Part shown: piece after piece, positions 60,890 to 64,000 of the stretch
How the letters are laid out: every line of letters begins with the position of its first letter
How positions within the stretch are numbered: the stretch's first letter is position 1
DNA from: Eledone cirrhosa
Taxonomy: Eukaryota
NCBI GenBank assembly: GCA_964016885.1
Contig: OZ024741.1
Location: 174,034,001 to 174,098,000 of the forward strand
Direction of reading: 5' to 3'
Length of the DNA: 64,000 bases
Notes under the pieces: model-generated
What the model was told of the DNA's origin: nothing
Seen by the model: only the letters and a program-made list of their open reading frames with translations
Databases searched by the model: none
Translations under genes and position numbers: made by a program

Positions 60890-63800
60890 CATCATCATCA
60901 TTGTCAACATTGTCATCATTATCATTGTCTTCATCATCATTGTCATCACCAACATCATTGTCATCATCATCATTGTCATCATCATCATCATCATCATCAT
61001 CATTATCGTCATCATCATTATTATCGTCATCATTATCATAGTCATCATTATCATAGTCATCATTATCATAGTCATCATTATCATAGTCATCATTATCATA
61101 GTCATCATTATCATAGTCATCATCATCATAGTCATCATCATCATAGTCATCATTATCATAGTCATCATTATCATAGTCATCATTATCATAGTCATCATCA
61201 TCATAGTCATCATTATCATAGTCATCATTATCATAGTCATCATTATCATAGTCATCATCATCATAGTCATCATTATCATAGTCATCATTATCATAGTCAT
61301 CATTATCATAGTCATCATTATCATAGTCATCATTATCATCATCATCATAGTCATCATTATCATCATCATCATTATCATAGTCATCATTATCATAGTCATC
61401 ATTATCATCATCATCATAGTCATCATTATTATTATCATCATTATCAAAGTCATCATTATCATAGTCATCATTATCATAGTCATCATTATCATAGTCATCA
61501 TTATCATCGTCATCATTATCATCGTCATCATTATCATAGTCATCATTATCATAGTCATCATTATCATCGTCATCATTATCATAGTCATCATTATCATAGT
61601 CATCATTATCATCGTCATCATTATCATAGTCATCATTATCATAGTCATCATTATCATAGTTGTCATTATCATCGTCATCAATATCATAGTCATCATTATC
61701 ATAGTCATCATTATCATCATCATCATTATCATCGTCATCATTATCATAGTCATCATTATCATCATCATCATCATCATTATTATCATAGTCATCATTATGG
61801 TAGTCATCATTATCATCGTCATCATTATCATAGTCATCATCATCATAGTCATCATTATCATAGTCATCATTATCATAGTCGTCATTATCATAGTCATCAT
61901 TATCATAGTCATCATTATCATAGTCATCATTATCATAGTCATCATTATCATAGTCATCATTAGTATAGTCATCAATATCATAGTCATCATTATGGTAGTC
62001 ATCATTATCATAGTCATCATTATCATAGTCATCATTATCATCATCATCATTATCATCGTCATCATTATCATAGTCATCATTATCATAGTCATCATTATCA
62101 TAGTCATCATTATCATCGTCATCATTATCATAGTCATCATTATCATAGTCATCATTATCATAGTCATCATTATCATAGTCATCATCATCATAGTCATCAT
62201 CATCATAGTCATCATTATCATAGTCATCATTATCATAGTCATCATTATCATAGTCATCATCATCATAGTCATCATTATCATAGTCATCATTATCATAGTC
62301 ATCATTATCATAGTCATCATTATCATAGTCATCATCATCATAGTCATCATTATCATAGTCATCATTATCATAGTCATCATTATCATAGTCATCATTATCA
62401 TCATCATCATAGTCATCATTATTATTATCATCATTATCAAAGTCATCATTATCATAGTCATCATTATCATAGTCATCATTATCATAGTCATCATTATCAT
62501 AGTCATCATTATCATCGTCATCATTATCATAGTCATCATTATCATAGTCATCATTATCATAGTTGTCATTATCATCGTCATCAATATCATAGTCGTCATT
62601 ATCATAGTCATCATTATCATAGTCATCATTATCATCATCATCATTATCATCGTCATCATTATCATAGTCATCATTACCATCATCATCATCATCATCATTA
62701 TCATAGTCATCATTATGGTAGTCATCATTATCATCGTCATCATTATCATAGTCATCATCATCATAGTCATCATTATCATAGTCATCATTATCATAGTCAT
62801 CATTATCATAGTCATCATTATCATAGTCATCATTATCATAGTCATCATTATCATAGTCATCATTAGTATAGTCATCAATATCATAGTCATCATTATGGTA
62901 GTCATCATTATCATAGTCATCATTATCATAGTCATCATTATCATCATCATCATTATCATCGTCATCATTATCATAGTCATCATTATCATAGTCATCATTA
63001 GTATAGTCATCAATATCATAGTCATCATTATGGTAGTCATCATTATCATAGTCATCATTATCATAGTCATCATTATCATCATCATCATTATCATAGTCAT
63101 CATTATCATAGTCGTCATTATCATAGTCATCATTATCATAGTCATCATTATCATAGTCGTCATTATCATAGTCATCATTATCATAGTCATCATTATCATA
63201 GTCATCATTATCATAGTTATCATTATCATAGTCATCATTATCATAGTCATCATTATCATAGTCATCGTTATCATCATCATCATCATGGTCATCATTATCA
63301 TCATCATCATTATCATAGTCATCATTATCATAGTCATCATTAGTATAGTCATCAATATCATAGTCATCATTATGGTAGTCATCATTATCATAGTCATCAT
63401 TATCATAGTCATCATTATCATAGTCATCATTATCATCGTCATCATTATCATAGTTATCATTATCATAGTCATCATTATCATAGTCATCATTATCATAGTC
63501 ATTGTTATCATAGTCATCATTATCATAGTCATCATTATCATAGTCATCATTATCATAGTCATCATTATCATAGTCATCATTATCATAGTCATCATTATCA
63601 TAGTCATCATTATCATAGTCATCATCATCATAGTCATCATTATCATAGTCATCATTATCATAGTCATCATTATCATAGTCATCATTATCATCATCATCAT
63701 AGTCATCATTATTATTATCATCATTATCAAAGTCATCATTATCATAGTCATCATTATCATAGTCATCATTATCATAGTCATCATTATCATAGTCATCATT

Positions 63801-64000
63801 ATCATCGTCATCATTATCATAGTCATCATTATCATAGTCATCATTATCATAGTTGTCATTATCATCGTCATCAATATCATAGTCGTCATTATCATAGTCA
63901 TCATTATCATAGTCATCATTATCATCATCATCATTATCATCGTCATCATTATCATAGTCATCATTACCATCATCATCATCATCATCATTATCATAGTCAT
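60890..64000. repeat. Satellite array, 15-bp unit CATCATTATCATAGT, with higher-order repeats; runs off the window end
   Basis: Direct reading; grades out of degenerate (CAT)n at 60890-61030. Confidence 0.97.

Noticed and set aside
60833-61963. 376-aa His-rich ORF resembling a structural or metal-binding protein
   Set aside because: Pure translation of the 15-bp satellite; no synonymous variation pattern or exon structure.
60863-64000. 1045-aa Met-rich minus-strand ORF (reflectin-like?)
   Set aside because: Only M/T/I codons from the repeat; lacks the Tyr/Arg/Asp-rich reflectin motif.

Overview
AT-rich, repeat-dense metazoan genomic DNA. The repeat content ((GAT)n-tailed RTE LINEs, tRNA-derived SINEs, many microsatellites) suggests a cephalopod such as Octopus, but this is an inference. 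The whole window lies inside one + strand host gene. I traced 16 internal coding exons (7236-57663, about 2.05 kb, splice phases all compatible, GT-AG) of a SPEF2 (sperm flagellar protein 2)-like gene, including part of its adenylate-kinase-like domain. Start and stop codons lie outside the window. The introns hold a full-length decayed Gypsy LTR element (40567-46199; 4-bp TSD, tRNA-Trp PBS, TG..TA LTR ends) and several RTE LINEs whose reverse transcriptase carries an embedded PHD-type zinc finger. They also hold two Helitron RepHel relics plus two non-autonomous Helitron families, a piggyBac deletion derivative with its MITEs, CR1 and CRE-like LINE relics, and two SINE families. Three long fold-back repeats are present, two with hammerhead-like core motifs, and the window ends in a 3.1-kb 15-bp satellite with higher-order structure. 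No rRNA, intact tRNA or CRISPR array was seen. All calls were made by eye, with no database searches.
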